Assembly: GCF_001194135.2 (NCBI RefSeq) | Contig: NC_068984.1 | Span: 35,487,094 to 35,535,924, forward strand | Direction: 5' to 3' | Length of the DNA stretch: 48,831 nt | Source of the DNA: Octopus bimaculoides | Lineage: Eukaryota | In this document: in pieces, positions 46,724 to 48,831 of the stretch | Position numbering within the stretch: position 1 is the first letter of the stretch | Layout of the letters: each line of letters begins with the position of its first letter | The notes under the pieces: model-generated | What the model was told of the DNA's origin: nothing | Databases searched by the model: none | The model's input: the letters and a program-made list of their open reading frames with translations, nothing else | Made by a program: the position numbers and the translations under genes

Positions 46724-47739
46724 ATGATGAGGCTTCAGTGAGAGTCACAGTTAACACCGTTTTTGTTAGAGAATAACAAAAATGTAGTGCACAAATTTTG
46801 TTCAGTAATCCTGCAATTTAATGTAAATTTATTTTTGTAGCACGACAGACACACTTATATGCATGTATGCATATGTATGTGTATCTCATTTTCTCTCTCA
46901 CTCTCTATATATGTGTGCGTGTGTGTGTGTGCGTGTATAAAAATAAATGGCCACCTATGTAAGAGCAAATAAGTATCAACATATATATCTGTGAAGTACA
47001 CACATCAAATATATATATATGCACCTTTATTCAAGTTGTGTACTAAATACGTGCTGGAAATCAACTAGTTTCCCAGTACTCTCATTTCTTAGAGAGCACA
47101 TTTAAATCTAAATACATAAAGGATGGCGTCTTAAAATCTATAGATGTCTTGCCTAGTATAACTTTGAATCAAAAGCCTGTTATGGCATTAATAATTTATT
47201 AATTAAATAAACTTTATGTATAGTTGTGCATGGCACCTGCAAAAACCTGTCTTTATCATAGCGTGTCCTCGGAGTTATGTACGTCTTAATATGAATATAT
47301 GCATGAGGTTGTGTTTGTATGCATATGTATGAATTTTTTATGTACGTCTGCGTTCATTTCTCATATAACATACAGACACGCTCTTCCACACATGGATATA
47401 TATATATTCACACTCGTATATAGAGACGTAAATATAAATATACACACACGCATATACATATACAGTAACATTTAGAGACGTTATTTTAATTAAAAATTAA
47501 AATGTGAAGTTTTAGTTTCCAGTTGCATGTTTTAAGTTTTCTATTTAACTGAGGAAAACATTTAGGTGACTTAGTGCATTCGTGATTGAATTAAATATCA
47601 GTCACACAATCATATTTACAGAAAACCGATACGTCTCTTTTTTTTTTTCTTGTATCAATCCCAATACTAACAAGTTTATTCAACACCAGCATCTATATCT
47701 CAACTAATGCTGCTACAAATGTCACTCATTCTCTCCTTT

Positions 47740-47943
47740 CTCTTCATTCCTTTTAGTTTCTCCTCCTCTTCCTCTCTTTCTCCCTTCCTCCTTGTCTCTT
47801 CCACCTCCTCCTCCTCTTCCTACTACTACTACTACTACTACTAATAATAATAATAATAATACTAATACAACTTCTACTACTACTACGACTAATACTACTA
47901 CTACTACCAGATGAAAATAATATTAGTAAATAATAATAATAAT
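47740..47943. repeat. compound CCT/CTA/TAA microsatellite
   Basis: Read directly from the sequence. Confidence 0.9.
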
Positions 47944-48118
47944 CCTTTCTAATTTGCGGGAGGGAAGTAAGTCGATTACATCAACCTCAGTGCGTAACTG
48001 GTATTTATTTAATCGACCCCGAATGGATAAAAGGCAAAGTCGTGCTCGACAGAATTTGAACTCAGTACGTAGAATTTCGCCCAGCTTGCTAATGATTCTA
48101 CCAGCTCGTCGACCTAAG
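47941..48118 (-). mobile_element. SINE family B
   Basis: AACTGGTATTTATTTAATCGACCCCGAATGGATAAAAGGCAAAGTCG...AATTTGAACTCAG...GCTAATGATTCTACCAGCTCG. Confidence 0.82.
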
Positions 48119-48144
48119 GAAGATAATAATAATAATTATAATAA

Positions 48145-48797
48145 TGATGATAAAGAAACAATAAATCAAAATATCTCTGGCTGCCCAATCCTGGCTAAGA
48201 AGGAATATATTCACAGACACGACAGAGCTGGGAAGTACATACTGGAAGCTATGCCAACACCATAGAATGACAACATAAAAAAGATGGTATAGGCACATGC
48301 CAGAAAAGGTCACAGAAAATGAGAAAGCAACCATACTCTGGGATATGCCAATACACACAGATAGAGAAATTAAGGCCAATAGGCCAAATATAGTTTTCAG
48401 AGAACATGAAGGGAAACAATGCTATCTAATAGATGTATCAATACCAGCAGATGACAACGTTTCCCTTAAAGAAATGGAGAAACTTTCACAATGCAAAGCC
48501 TGGAAATAGAGGTAACTCGAATTTGGAATCTAAAACAGAAACAATTCCTAACATAGTAGGCGCGTTAGGTATGATAAAAAAATATACAGACAAATACATA
48601 ACAAAAACACCAGGACTTACAAATATATATAACATACAGAAAATTGAACTACTGGGCACTGCACTCATCGTACGCAAAACACTTTCAATACAGTAACCAT
48701 AAGAGCATCACAGCAAACCACAGCACATACCTAAGGCACATAGAGCTGCGCTCGGTAGTGAAGTGAAAGCACGCAATAGAAATAAAACTACTGAATG
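48145..48797 (+). mobile_element. 5'-truncated R4/Dong retrotransposon (CCHC remnant, RLE, 3' UTR) between (TAA)n runs
   Basis: ETINQNISGCPILAKKEYIHRHDRAGKYI; ILWDMPIHTDREIKANRPNIV...CYLIDVSIPADDNV..KEMEK; IVGALGMIKK...RKTLSIQ*. (TAA)n at 48122-48144 and 48798-48831. Confidence 0.92.

Positions 48798-48831
<34 letters not shown>

Noticed and set aside
1-48831. CRISPR arrays, rRNA or prokaryotic operons
   Set aside because: No regularly spaced repeat-spacer units, rRNA-like sequence or gene-dense coding structure; the window is eukaryotic intergenic or intronic DNA.

Overview
AT-rich eukaryotic non-coding DNA from a gappy assembly (11 N-runs, about 4.7 kb in total), dense in microsatellites and decayed mobile elements. 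The tRNA-derived SINE families resemble those I recall from octopus genomes, so a coleoid cephalopod is likely (inference, no search run). No host protein-coding gene could be recognised; most ORFs in the track are microsatellite or gap artefacts, or transposon remnants. Content: three R4/Dong-type RLE non-LTR retrotransposon pieces, each abutting (TAA)n; an RTE LINE with C-terminal C2H2 fingers; a HERO-type fragment; three Penelope-like loci, one with a head-to-head inverted structure; a Chapaev-type transposase C-terminus missed by the ORF track; a Tc1/mariner-type MITE; a 243-bp foldback; and many SINEs. The most interesting signal is six minimal Penelope-type hammerhead ribozyme motifs from about five sequence families. 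One appears to be the 3' part of a composite Pol III head-(TAA)n-hammerhead element whose internal (TAA)n has been hit by Dong in both of two inverted copies (4.7-8.0 kb).
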